NCBI GenBank assembly: GCA_016840085.1
Contig: JAEOTA010000068.1
Location: 1 to 35,882 of the forward strand
DNA: 35,882 nucleotides
Direction: 5' to 3'
Source of the DNA: Promethearchaeota archaeon
GTDB taxonomy: Archaea; Asgardarchaeota; Lokiarchaeia; Sigyniarchaeales; SOKP01
Positions 27,034 through 35,882 of the stretch are shown piece by piece (position 1 is the first letter of the stretch; each line of letters starts with the position of its first letter). The notes below the pieces were generated by a model that worked only from the letters and a program-made list of their open reading frames with translations, was not told the DNA's origin and did not search any database. The translations under genes and the position numbers were made by a program.

Positions 27034-28158
27034 ATGAATAAAGAAAATAACCATCTTAAAGAGTTAGTAATTACATCTGTGAAAGATGGCATAGAACACG
27101 AGGAAGTTCTAGCTGATGTATCACCTTTTTGGTTTCGATACTTTTTTTATTCTAAGGATCCTCTTGGTGGTCTTAATCCTGAAAATGAATTTATCCCTGA
27201 TTTGATTAAATTATTTGTGAATCGTGAAGCCGAAATTAAAGTTATCGCTGGATATTTTGGAAAAGCAAAAAATCTACCCTATAACCTTCATATTGCTATT
27301 ATCGGTTCTAAAGGTTCTGGAAAACATACAACGTTTAAAATTATAACTAAGTTTATAAGTGAATCGTTTCCAGATATTAAGTGCGAATTTTATAATATAG
27401 AGTTTTCTTTTGATTACAAGGCTAATGAATCTTTGTCACAAAAAGAAGTAGATAGTTTCGATAATCAAAAACTTGATATCAGGATTATTTCATGTTCAGG
27501 AAAAAATAAATATCTTTTTTTGAAAAGAATAAAAGATTACAAAGAAAACACTAAATTAACTTTTTCAATTTGGCATACAAGAGACTATCCATTTGAGAAT
27601 GATATGCTTGTTAATAAAGAGATCTACTTTAATAATTTCACTTATAATGATATAATCGAGATTTTTAAAAGAAGGATGGATAAATTCCTAGAAAATTCTA
27701 AGGATTCACAACACTATTATAATACCACGATTAATGAGTTATTACCAAGAATTGGAAAATCATTTCAAGGTAATCTAAATGTATGCTTTCTCTTTTTTAA
27801 AGAGATCCATCAGCAAACGAGGGTTATGAATTTAAAAGTAATATCACCACAACTTATAGAAAATGTAATACCAAAATATTTAAGTATAAAAAACCAAAAA
27901 ATCACAACCAAAGAGCAAGAAATAATTGACTACTATTTACGATTAGACAACAGAATTTATATTACAACCTCAGATTTAAAAGATGACTTAGATTTTGATA
28001 GAACGGTTGCCTGGAAATATTTAGAAAATTTGACCAGAAAGCATGCGCTTAAGAAAATAAAATACGGAAATCCTTCTCGGTATCAAATCAATGAAATATT
28101 TTTAAGTTTTTATGAAGATAAATTAAGAAAAGACTATATATTCAAAGAAAAAGGTTAA
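27034..28158 (+). CDS. Orc1/Cdc6-like architecture: P-loop ATPase plus C-terminal winged helix, with degenerate Walker B
   Basis: FVNREAEI...IAIIGSKGSGKHT, and wHTH ITTSDLKDDLDFDRTVAWKYLENLTRKHALKK...YQIN. No hhhhDE motif is evident. Confidence 0.75.
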   Translation: MNKENNHLKELVITSVKDGIEHEEVLADVSPFWFRYFFYSKDPLGGLNPENEFIPDLIKLFVNREAEIKVIAGYFGKAKNLPYNLHIAIIGSKGSGKHTTFKIITKFISESFPDIKCEFYNIEFSFDYKANESLSQKEVDSFDNQKLDIRIISCSGKNKYLFLKRIKDYKENTKLTFSIWHTRDYPFENDMLVNKEIYFNNFTYNDIIEIFKRRMDKFLENSKDSQHYYNTTINELLPRIGKSFQGNLNVCFLFFKEIHQQTRVMNLKVISPQLIENVIPKYLSIKNQKITTKEQEIIDYYLRLDNRIYITTSDLKDDLDFDRTVAWKYLENLTRKHALKKIKYGNPSRYQINEIFLSFYEDKLRKDYIFKEKG

Positions 28159-28161
28159 GAC

Positions 28162-28959
28162 ATGCCATCATTAAGAATATATTTTGATGCTGCGGTAAAG
28201 GATACTATGGATATAATTAGACAACAAATTTTAATGGACTCTAATCATTCAGCAATATTTGATAAAAATTCAAATATTCTTCAGGCAGGATTCTACAAGA
28301 ATATATTAGAACTTGTAAATGAAAATTATTATATTTCTGATTATTTTGAAATTGGTGTAAAAAACATACCTACTCTTGAGACTGAATTATCTTATTTTAA
28401 TTATGCTGAGATTCCAAGTTTAAGTGAGAAAAGACAATATCCAATTTTAATAAAAATCATTTTCAACCCCAGAAAAAGAGTATTATGTTTTTATACTAGA
28501 GCTAAGATATCGAATAAATTAAGCGATGATCTTCTTAATAAGCTAAATACGCAATATTATTTTGTCTATAGATATCAACCCCTTTTGTTTCAATATAAAA
28601 GGGATCAGTTAGATGCCCTTGTTAATGCTTTAGGTATAAAAGACTTTACAGCAATTTCCTGTTGGGATGGCGATAACAAAGTAATCATTAAAAATCCAAA
28701 AAAGATAACTGAGACAAAAAAGTATTTGGAAATTGCCAAGGAGCAATCAAGAGGGAATTGGACTCATTTAAAGGTACCCTTTGATGAGTTAAATATAGAA
28801 TTGCGGATAAATAATAAAACACAGAATTTTATTACTTTTGAGAATAAATATATTGATGATACTCACTTAGTTAATGGTGTAGATTTTTTAATTAACAAGA
28901 TTATTGAGGTTGAAGAATTTAGCGGAAAAAAGCAGACGTATATAAATTCCTTTTATTAA
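28162..28959 (+). CDS. Hypothetical protein with C-terminal PIP box
   Basis: Lies 3 bp after the ATPase gene and 4 bp before the RM gene; ends KKQTYINSFY (Q-x-x-I-x-x-F-Y). Confidence 0.75.
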   Translation: MPSLRIYFDAAVKDTMDIIRQQILMDSNHSAIFDKNSNILQAGFYKNILELVNENYYISDYFEIGVKNIPTLETELSYFNYAEIPSLSEKRQYPILIKIIFNPRKRVLCFYTRAKISNKLSDDLLNKLNTQYYFVYRYQPLLFQYKRDQLDALVNALGIKDFTAISCWDGDNKVIIKNPKKITETKKYLEIAKEQSRGNWTHLKVPFDELNIELRINNKTQNFITFENKYIDDTHLVNGVDFLINKIIEVEEFSGKKQTYINSFY

Positions 28960-28963
28960 TGAG

Positions 28964-31900
28964 ATGGGTAAGAAATTTATGGATCTAAATAAAATATCCA
29001 AAGAAATTCTAACATTAATTAGATCTCAAACTAATATCATTAATCCAACTCAAACATTTCGTCAATATGTAGCAAAATGCCAAAGAAAAGGAATACACAA
29101 CGAAGAAAATGTGGTTCAACCTTTCACTATTTCATTTTTGAAGATTTTAAATTATATTAATCAACATAATTTAACAATTGAAGAAGTTCAAAAAGGAAAT
29201 AAGCCGGATTTTCACACGGATATCTTTATTTTAGAATGTAAATCTACAAGATATCAAAGTTTTTCAGAAAAATACGGAAGAGAAGAATCACCTAAAGAAC
29301 AATTGAAAAGATATCTGGAATCACCTGAATTTTCACGAGAATATGGTATTATTTTTTCTTTAGATCGACTGCAGGTATATAAATTAGTTGACGGAGAATT
29401 AAAAATAGTTGAGAGGTTGTCATTTTCCTTAGTTGATTTTTTTGAAAATAGAAGTTCAGATATTGACAAATTTATTTCTAAATTTTACGTAAAACCAATC
29501 ACGATTGATGAAAAGGTTCAGATAATTGCAAATACACAGAGAGAGGAATTAATTCCTATTTATCATAAAAGTTTTAATACTGTGTTAAAATCATTAATAA
29601 AAGAAATTTCTCTTGAATTGGAGACAACTTTTGTTGGATTAGATAATAAAAATGATGATACAAGACTTATAAGAGATAAGATATGCCAAATTAAGAAACA
29701 AATAGATTTAAAAACGACAATTGAAGCTGAGACTGAATATATCTCTCAGACATCTTATATAATATTAGCACGGATTATTTTAACTAAATGTTGGGAAGAT
29801 TTGGAATTAATTGACCCCCCAAATACGTATAATGGTGGGTTCAAGAAATATATCCAGGATTATCATGAAAGAATTGTAGATGTATACAAAAGGGCATTAG
29901 ACTATTCGCAAGAGATTTATTTTTTATTCAATCCAAATAACCCTTATCTACTTTTACCATTATCAGAGGAAATAATTGTTGATATATTATTTCAGGTTTG
30001 TAAATATGATTTTAATACTTTAGATTATGACATTTTAGGGTATATTTATGAAGATTATCTTGATCTGGAACATAGAAGAAAATTTGGTCAGTATTATACT
30101 CCCCCATATATAGTAAACTTAATTTTAGATAGAATTGGATATAAACCACTCCCAAATAAATTATTAGATGGATCCATTTTAGATCCTGCATCCGGTTCTG
30201 GAACTTTTCTGTTAAATACAGTGCGAAGAGTTCTTCAATCTAAACAGGATGGTCGTGATCATGCTTTAGAATATAAGGAAATTATTGAAAATAATCTCTT
30301 TGGCTCAGAGTTAATGCTTTTTCCATACCTCATCTCTGAAATTAATATTCTCATCCAATTTTCTCAAGAATTGAAAAAGATTATTCAGAAGGAAAAAAAA
30401 CTAAATGTCTTTCATGTATTTCCTAATAATTCTTTTAACTTAATAGATAAAAAAATTACTACAAGGTTATTTGGAATTCCTGAAGATGATATTAAAGGAG
30501 ATAAGATTATTGACTCTGCTATTATCAAACGGAAGGAAGATAAATTACGATTTTTACAATATAAAGCTGATTTTGATTATGTTGTAGGCAACCCCCCATA
30601 TGTGGCAAATGATACAAATCCTGACTTATTTCGAGAAATGAGAGAATTATTTACTTTTTGTAATGAGACCTATCATAATAAGATGGATCTCTTTTATTGG
30701 TTCATCATCCTAGGTATTTTAAAATTAAAGCCAAGCGGTAAATTAAGTTATATAACAACTAGGTATTGGTTAGATAAAGGAGAAAAAACAGGAGTAGAGA
30801 CTCTTAAAAAATTTATATTAGATTATTGTTACATTCGGGAAGTTATTGACCTTCGGAATGTAACAGTATTTCTTAGCGCAACTGGACAAGAAAATGTGAT
30901 TTTCTTACTACAACGAAAAGGAGATAAAATAGAGGACCAAAATATCCATATTTTTCGAATTCAACCAAGACCAAGCAAAGGCACATGTCTCTTAAATACC
31001 TGTATTTTTGAACGCGGGTATTGTATTAATGATCAGGAATATTTAGAATGTTTATGCAAGCAGGAATCTCATTGGGATAAATTATTTGATGAAGATGAAC
31101 TTCCACTTTCTAATTATATTCATGCCTTTCAATCTGCAAAAATAACAGCAGATTTAAAACCAGATAGATCTTGGGATATATTTTATCCTGCAAAAGGCAT
31201 AATAAAAGAAATTATGGATTCAATAATAAAAAGTTGTACTCGAACCATCGAAAAAATTGATAGTTTTGGGAATAAATATGTAGAAAAAAATGTTGTAAAA
31301 TACGTAAAAGATTTTTTTATTCTTCGAGTTGGGGTATTGACTACCATTGATGAGGTATTTATTTTATCTCTAGGGCTACTCAAGACTGAAGACGATAAAT
31401 GTTTGCTAAAGATTGAAAGTTCGATTAATCTCAAGAGAAGTGAAAAGCAAAAATTAGCTAATACATATCAAGGAGAGATTGACGACTCTGGTTATGTTTG
31501 GTTAGAACTATCTGAATATGAGCAACATAGATTGATGAATTTATATAAGACACCAAGTGTATATCGTCATGGATTGGATATATCAAAAATAGCTGGTAAA
31601 TTGATATTTTTCGAAGATGAGAAAGCTTATAATGATTGTCCCGTGTTAATTCTATATCTTACTCAATTTAAAAAAGAGATTGTTAAAAAATTAGATGAGT
31701 ATGAAGAACTGACTCCAACAAGACCTAATAAATGGATTACATTAAGACGAAGTGCTAATATCACCTTACCAGATAGAGCTAAACGCCCCCTTTTTGAATA
31801 TTACCGTAAAAGGCCTAAGATCTTTTATAACTACCGTGTAGGAAATAATAATATCTTTGGCTATACTAATAAACATATGGTTGCCGCAACCGATATGTAT

Positions 31901-32746
31901 TTTTTTCATAAATTTGGTGAAAATATAAATACTTATTATATGTTAGCGTATCTAAATTCCAAACTTATGACATTTTATTTTAAAGAACGACCTATAGAAC
32001 TCCAAAGACAAAAATCTAATGTAGAAAATGATATTCCAATATTTCTTCCTAGAAATGAGAATGAAGAAGTATTACAGAAATTAATCATTAGAAAAGAAAG
32101 AACTCTTACTCAAAAATTACAGAAACTGGAGAATCATTATCGAGGTAAAGGCTTTCATTTTGATTTAAGTTATACAAGTGAAGATCAAATTGAGATTGAT
32201 ATTGAGACATTCTTAGAAGGTATAGATTTGCCTACAATTAAAGATATATCTTATAACATTAAAGGGGAACTTGATATATACACAATAGACAGGAGGGATT
32301 TTCCAATTCTAATTTTAGACCAATATAAAATAAGAAAGATTGGTCGGTTTAGTGAAATGGCATCGGGCTCCGATGTTCATTTCCAATTTAAATCTTTGAA
32401 AATCGTGGTTGACCAAAATATTTATGAAAAGATAAAATTAGTTATTGAAAGTTATATTACTTTTACAGACAGTCCAAATTTCGAAAAACTCTTACAGTTA
32501 AAAATTCCTTCAAATAGAGTAATGGATGTTATAAGAATTAAGAAGACACGTCTATTTCAAAAAATATCAGGTCTTAATTCTGAAGAAAAGCTCCAAATAG
32601 AAAATGTTGTCGATAATATTTTATCTGCTCAAAAACTAGAAGAAGTTGAGCCTATCAAATATATTAGCCAAATATTATATTTCAATGACATTTCGTTTAT
32701 AAAAATGATATGCCCAGAATTTAAAGACGAAATATTAGCTTATTGA
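28964..32746 (+). CDS. Type IIG restriction-modification enzyme (nuclease, N6-adenine MTase and target-recognition domain in one chain)
   Basis: KPDF...ILECKS...QLKRYL nuclease motif; GQYYTP, ILDPASGSGTFL and VVGNPPY MTase motifs; C-terminal YMLAYLNSKLMTFYF in a TRD-like region. Confidence 0.9.
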   Translation: MGKKFMDLNKISKEILTLIRSQTNIINPTQTFRQYVAKCQRKGIHNEENVVQPFTISFLKILNYINQHNLTIEEVQKGNKPDFHTDIFILECKSTRYQSFSEKYGREESPKEQLKRYLESPEFSREYGIIFSLDRLQVYKLVDGELKIVERLSFSLVDFFENRSSDIDKFISKFYVKPITIDEKVQIIANTQREELIPIYHKSFNTVLKSLIKEISLELETTFVGLDNKNDDTRLIRDKICQIKKQIDLKTTIEAETEYISQTSYIILARIILTKCWEDLELIDPPNTYNGGFKKYIQDYHERIVDVYKRALDYSQEIYFLFNPNNPYLLLPLSEEIIVDILFQVCKYDFNTLDYDILGYIYEDYLDLEHRRKFGQYYTPPYIVNLILDRIGYKPLPNKLLDGSILDPASGSGTFLLNTVRRVLQSKQDGRDHALEYKEIIENNLFGSELMLFPYLISEINILIQFSQELKKIIQKEKKLNVFHVFPNNSFNLIDKKITTRLFGIPEDDIKGDKIIDSAIIKRKEDKLRFLQYKADFDYVVGNPPYVANDTNPDLFREMRELFTFCNETYHNKMDLFYWFIILGILKLKPSGKLSYITTRYWLDKGEKTGVETLKKFILDYCYIREVIDLRNVTVFLSATGQENVIFLLQRKGDKIEDQNIHIFRIQPRPSKGTCLLNTCIFERGYCINDQEYLECLCKQESHWDKLFDEDELPLSNYIHAFQSAKITADLKPDRSWDIFYPAKGIIKEIMDSIIKSCTRTIEKIDSFGNKYVEKNVVKYVKDFFILRVGVLTTIDEVFILSLGLLKTEDDKCLLKIESSINLKRSEKQKLANTYQGEIDDSGYVWLELSEYEQHRLMNLYKTPSVYRHGLDISKIAGKLIFFEDEKAYNDCPVLILYLTQFKKEIVKKLDEYEELTPTRPNKWITLRRSANITLPDRAKRPLFEYYRKRPKIFYNYRVGNNNIFGYTNKHMVAATDMYFFHKFGENINTYYMLAYLNSKLMTFYFKERPIELQRQKSNVENDIPIFLPRNENEEVLQKLIIRKERTLTQKLQKLENHYRGKGFHFDLSYTSEDQIEIDIETFLEGIDLPTIKDISYNIKGELDIYTIDRRDFPILILDQYKIRKIGRFSEMASGSDVHFQFKSLKIVVDQNIYEKIKLVIESYITFTDSPNFEKLLQLKIPSNRVMDVIRIKKTRLFQKISGLNSEEKLQIENVVDNILSAQKLEEVEPIKYISQILYFNDISFIKMICPEFKDEILAY

Positions 32747-32843
32747 GTGTGTCTATTATTTAACTATTAAAAAAATCATTATTTATAAATAATATTCATT
32801 TAAGTTAATTTATAAGTTCAAAAATTGGTTTAATCTGCTCATA

Positions 32844-35321
32844 ATGGTTAAATTACCTAAAGGTCTACAGAAGAAAAATAAGAATAAAGGGAAAAGAGAA
32901 GAAATAAAAAATTTGAGAGATAATAATTTACAAGATTATTTTCTTTTGAATAAAGATCCACAGCAACGTAATGAATCAGACTTAAAATTACTAGAAGAGA
33001 GATTAAAAACAGTAAGATATACAAATGAGAGAAAGACGCAATTTGGTTTATTGTTAGAAATCGGTGAGACTTACAAATTTTTAGGACCGATGGAAAAAGC
33101 AGTCGAAGCGTTTAAACAAGCAATCATAATTGCTAATGAACTAGAAAATACTCATCAGAAATTTTTTGCTCTCTTTCAACTAGGAAATGCTTACATAATG
33201 CAAGGATTTTACAATGAAGCATTGTATTATACCCAAAAAGCCTATGAGTGTCTTGAGATGGATAAGAATTTAGGATTATTTGAATCTACTATTTTAGATG
33301 CCCTAGGAGAGATATACTCATGTTTAGGTAATAATAAAAAAGCAATTGACATTTATAATAAAGCATTATCATTAGTAAAAAAGAATAAAGAAGGAGAACA
33401 CTCTAAAGGTTTAACTTTAATGTCAATAGCAAAGGTTAAAAGTAAAATGGGTTTGTTCTCAGATTCTATTAGTCTTTACCAACAAGCACTTAATATAATT
33501 CGAAAATTAGGGGATAAGCGTATTGAAGCCTCCATATTATTAGAGCTTTGTACTAATTACGACTACTTGGGAGAGATTAAGAAAGCTATCGAATATGCTC
33601 AAAAAAGCAGAAAGATCTATATTAATTTAAGTCTTAAAATTGGTATTGGAACAAGCTCATATCATATTGGAGGAATGCTATTCCATTATGGTGATGAAGG
33701 AAAGGCTTTAGAGTATCTATCGCAATCATTAAAAATATTCAAGGAAATAAATAATCCATTATGGAGTGCAAGGACTCTCTGGTACCTTAAAGAAATTTAT
33801 TTAAATCAAGGATCTGTTGAAAAGTTTAAAAAAGCTCAGGATGAAGCACTATCATTAATGCAGAAGACTAAAAGTTCTTTGGATCTTGGTCAATTTTTAA
33901 TTGATGTAACTTCAGAAATGACATCGAGGGACTATAGAATTGAAGATGAGAATGAGAAAGTGGAATTATTAAAGATATCATTAGATCTCCAAAAAAAATG
34001 TTTAGATACATTTCAAAATACTGATTCTCCACAATTGATCGGAAAAGCTTTGACAGGAATTGGTTATACTTATGTTAAACTTAAAAATTATTCAGAAGCA
34101 TTGAAATTTTATAGCGCTGCCGTTGCGACATATAACAGTTCAGGAACTATTAATTTCTTAGCAATTACATATACAAGAATAGGAGAATTATATCGGAAGC
34201 AAGATAATCCAACAAAAGCTCTAGAATATTATAGAAAGTCATTAAAAATTTATCAAAAAATGTTAGAGAAGCTGGAGGGTACAAATTTATATTTGAATTT
34301 TAAATCTCTCTTTAGTTTTCTCCCAATGTTAATTGAAGATATAAAAGAAACTATTTATAAGTCTTGTTTCATGGAGAATCAGTCTGAAATAATTGAAAAT
34401 ACAAAAATTTTAGCAATTGATGTATGTAAGAAGGCAGTGGATGCAAATTTAAAACAGATCATACCAGAAATTGGAAAAAATTCTGAAGCGATTAGAGAAA
34501 TTATAAATATTGCCAAAAAACGTAAAGAAGAAATAAAAGATTTGCAAGCTGAAATTACAGTCATAAAGAATAACCACTATAAGAACAAGGATCACCCTGA
34601 ATATTATGAGACTATTACAAAAAAGATAATCACAATATTAAAAGACGAGACTCCACATCTTGAGTTTTGGCAAGAAAGACTGAATAATAATAATTTTAAT
34701 CAATTATATGGAGAAAGTAAAGAAGATCTCATTGCTATTCGTATTTTGATGAACTATTTAGATGATTATTTGGAAATCTGCTTATTCCAAATTGCTAAAA
34801 TTATTGAAAGAGAAATTCAACATAAAATATTCGAAAAATTTCGTAACATTACACAAGATCTTAACCAATTTACTTTTAATCTAAAAGGTTCGACTTTTTC
34901 GGGTAAAATAATAAAAAAAATAGAACATTCCCATAGAAGATTACTTAGTTTTTTAAATAGGAAAGTAAAACTTACTTTAGGTGATTTTGGGCTTATATTG
35001 GAGCATGTACTTTTATTACAGGAACAATCAATTAAAGTAAAATTATTTGATGAATTAGGCAATTTCATAATTAATTCAATTTCTAATAAAGAGCAGGGAG
35101 CTTTAGTAGATTTTTTGGTGAGACCCTTTAAATTTTTAAATATCCCAGATTCACGATTTAAAGATACACGTTTTAATGATTTGAGAAATTATGTTGCTCA
35201 TCCAAAAGATTCCACTTCAAGACTTCAACTTAAAATAAATAAAGCATTTATTAACCGACTTATTGATATAATAACTGATAGAGCCCCATTTATTCTACCC
35301 ACAATTTGTAAATTCTACTAA
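32844..35321 (+). CDS. TPR-repeat protein with C-terminal HEPN-like domain
   Basis: About 10 TPRs (e.g. LGEIYSCLGNNKKAIDIYNKAL) and a coiled coil, then AKIIEREI...LTLGDF...LRNYVAHP (R781-x4-H786). Confidence 0.8.
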   Translation: MVKLPKGLQKKNKNKGKREEIKNLRDNNLQDYFLLNKDPQQRNESDLKLLEERLKTVRYTNERKTQFGLLLEIGETYKFLGPMEKAVEAFKQAIIIANELENTHQKFFALFQLGNAYIMQGFYNEALYYTQKAYECLEMDKNLGLFESTILDALGEIYSCLGNNKKAIDIYNKALSLVKKNKEGEHSKGLTLMSIAKVKSKMGLFSDSISLYQQALNIIRKLGDKRIEASILLELCTNYDYLGEIKKAIEYAQKSRKIYINLSLKIGIGTSSYHIGGMLFHYGDEGKALEYLSQSLKIFKEINNPLWSARTLWYLKEIYLNQGSVEKFKKAQDEALSLMQKTKSSLDLGQFLIDVTSEMTSRDYRIEDENEKVELLKISLDLQKKCLDTFQNTDSPQLIGKALTGIGYTYVKLKNYSEALKFYSAAVATYNSSGTINFLAITYTRIGELYRKQDNPTKALEYYRKSLKIYQKMLEKLEGTNLYLNFKSLFSFLPMLIEDIKETIYKSCFMENQSEIIENTKILAIDVCKKAVDANLKQIIPEIGKNSEAIREIINIAKKRKEEIKDLQAEITVIKNNHYKNKDHPEYYETITKKIITILKDETPHLEFWQERLNNNNFNQLYGESKEDLIAIRILMNYLDDYLEICLFQIAKIIEREIQHKIFEKFRNITQDLNQFTFNLKGSTFSGKIIKKIEHSHRRLLSFLNRKVKLTLGDFGLILEHVLLLQEQSIKVKLFDELGNFIINSISNKEQGALVDFLVRPFKFLNIPDSRFKDTRFNDLRNYVAHPKDSTSRLQLKINKAFINRLIDIITDRAPFILPTICKFY

Positions 35322-35882
35322 ATTTTTTTCTAAGAATTGAAAGATTCGCGAAATTCAAGGAAGAAGTCTGTTCAATTAAAATTTACTCGAAGTCTTAACA
35401 CTCTTAAACCTTCAGAGAAAATTAGCGATAAGAAGGAGGTAAAAAAGGAGAGATTTAAAAGATTTTAACTTTTAACTATAGATACCTGGAATACTATTGA
35501 AAAATTGTGTATCAAGAAATGAGATTTTGCGTGTAATAATTGGTATCTTTATAATTATTCTTATTATAGATCCTAATCGAAATGTAGTGAAAATGCTTCT
35601 TCAAACAAAATTAATAGCATTACCTAAAATCATGATAGCGTAGAAATATCCACTAAAATATAGCATTATGTACTAAATAAGAATCTAACATCTTTTTCGC
35701 TCTATGGTAGATTAATATCAGGATGAAAATGATTTTTAATCCGATAAAATTTAAATTATAGTATTTTGTTATAATTATTTTTAATTATATATATCCAGAT
35801 ATCACACCCTTTTCTAAATAAAAATGGGGATAATATCTCCATGTTACCCCTCAAAGTCATCCCTCACCTGAAAAGAGAAGAG

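Noticed and set aside
27034-32746. BREX or DISARM assignment
   Set aside because: There is no PglZ, BrxC-sized ATPase, Lon-like protease or helicase, and the MTase carries its own nuclease motif.
32916-32945. PIP-like DNNLQDYF near the TPR protein N-terminus
   Set aside because: It lacks the Gln anchor and could be chance.
35470-35700. Possible degraded membrane-protein gene on the minus strand
   Set aside because: The hydrophobic frame is broken by stops and has no recognisable family.
1-35882. CRISPR array, tRNA/rRNA, integrase/transposase, att sites
   Set aside because: No regularly spaced repeats, structured-RNA signatures or recombinase motifs were seen by eye, so island boundaries cannot be set.

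Overview
AT-rich archaeal window, most likely Asgard (Lokiarchaeia). The taxon is inferred from a TFB gene, BRE/TATA promoters, oligo-T terminators and a beta-propeller protein ending in a Loki-CTERM-like sorting tail. The left ~9 kb encodes membrane/surface proteins, including a >=922-aa ORF missed by the track. From ~8.8 kb to the end the window reads as a defence/DNA-processing island: a PD-(D/E)xK nuclease, an AbrB/TFB/CoiA-like module, and a split Mrr-Zn-finger gene. The main finding is a full-length N-PAZ-MID-PIWI Argonaute heading a co-oriented run nurA - herA - single-chain Mre11(SbcD)-Rad50(SbcC) fusion that has no zinc hook. Divergent from it, across a 185-bp gap, lie an ATPase-wHTH gene, a protein ending in a PCNA-binding PIP box, a type IIG restriction-modification enzyme and a TPR-HEPN protein. 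My hypothesis is an Argonaute with its own DNA end-resection machine for guide production or target destruction, possibly fed by restriction breaks. All calls come from motif reading only; no searches were run. No rRNA, tRNA, CRISPR array, integrase or transposase was seen.
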